Assembly (NCBI RefSeq): GCF_006345805.1
Contig: NW_021831944.1
Span: 1 to 33,480, forward strand
Direction of reading: 5' to 3'
DNA length: 33,480 nt
From: Octopus sinensis
Lineage: Eukaryota
The notes under the pieces are model-generated. The model was not told the origin of the DNA. It did no database searches and saw only the letters and a program-made list of their open reading frames with translations. The position numbers were made by a program, and so were the translations under genes. Shown here piece by piece: positions 33,464 to 33,480 of the stretch (the first letter of the stretch is position 1; each line of letters begins with the position of its first letter).

Positions 33464-33480
33464 CGAGATATCGGACGTAC
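33464..33480 (-). CDS. MTFP1: Mitochondrial fission process protein 1, first coding exon (partial, runs off window)
   Basis: The minus strand reads G TAC GTC CGA TAT CTC G|GTAAGT = YVRYL-G, matching MTFP1 'RDTWVRYLGYANEVGE'. The donor is perfect and phase 1, joining the exon at 24951. Confidence 0.85.

Overview
AT-rich, microsatellite-laden eukaryotic DNA. Its repeat families look cephalopod/octopus-like (an inference from recall, not a database match). There are two convergent spliced genes. On the + strand is the 3' end of a DEG/ENaC (ASIC-like) channel: exons <1-1349, 3494-3585 and 5319-5440, with the CDIGGSMGLFLGAS TM2/selectivity-filter motif. It has a very large insert upstream of the beta-11 strand and two in-frame stops at 379-390. 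On the - strand is MTFP1/MTP18: exons >33480-33464, 24951-24824 and 19716-19393. The rest is tRNA-derived SINEs, RTE- and R4/Dong-type LINE remnants, MITEs and simple repeats. Almost all short ORFs in the track are microsatellite or repeat artefacts. The most striking signal is a dense set of at least 7 sequence-diverse loci carrying minimal type I hammerhead ribozyme folds, most with self-complementary stem III. They sit in short non-coding elements that are mostly embedded in (TA)n tracts and often inverted-duplicated, resembling Penelope-like pLTRs or retrozymes. One copy has a compensatory U3-A8 core variant and three have U4C. All structures were read by eye and none has been folded or searched computationally.
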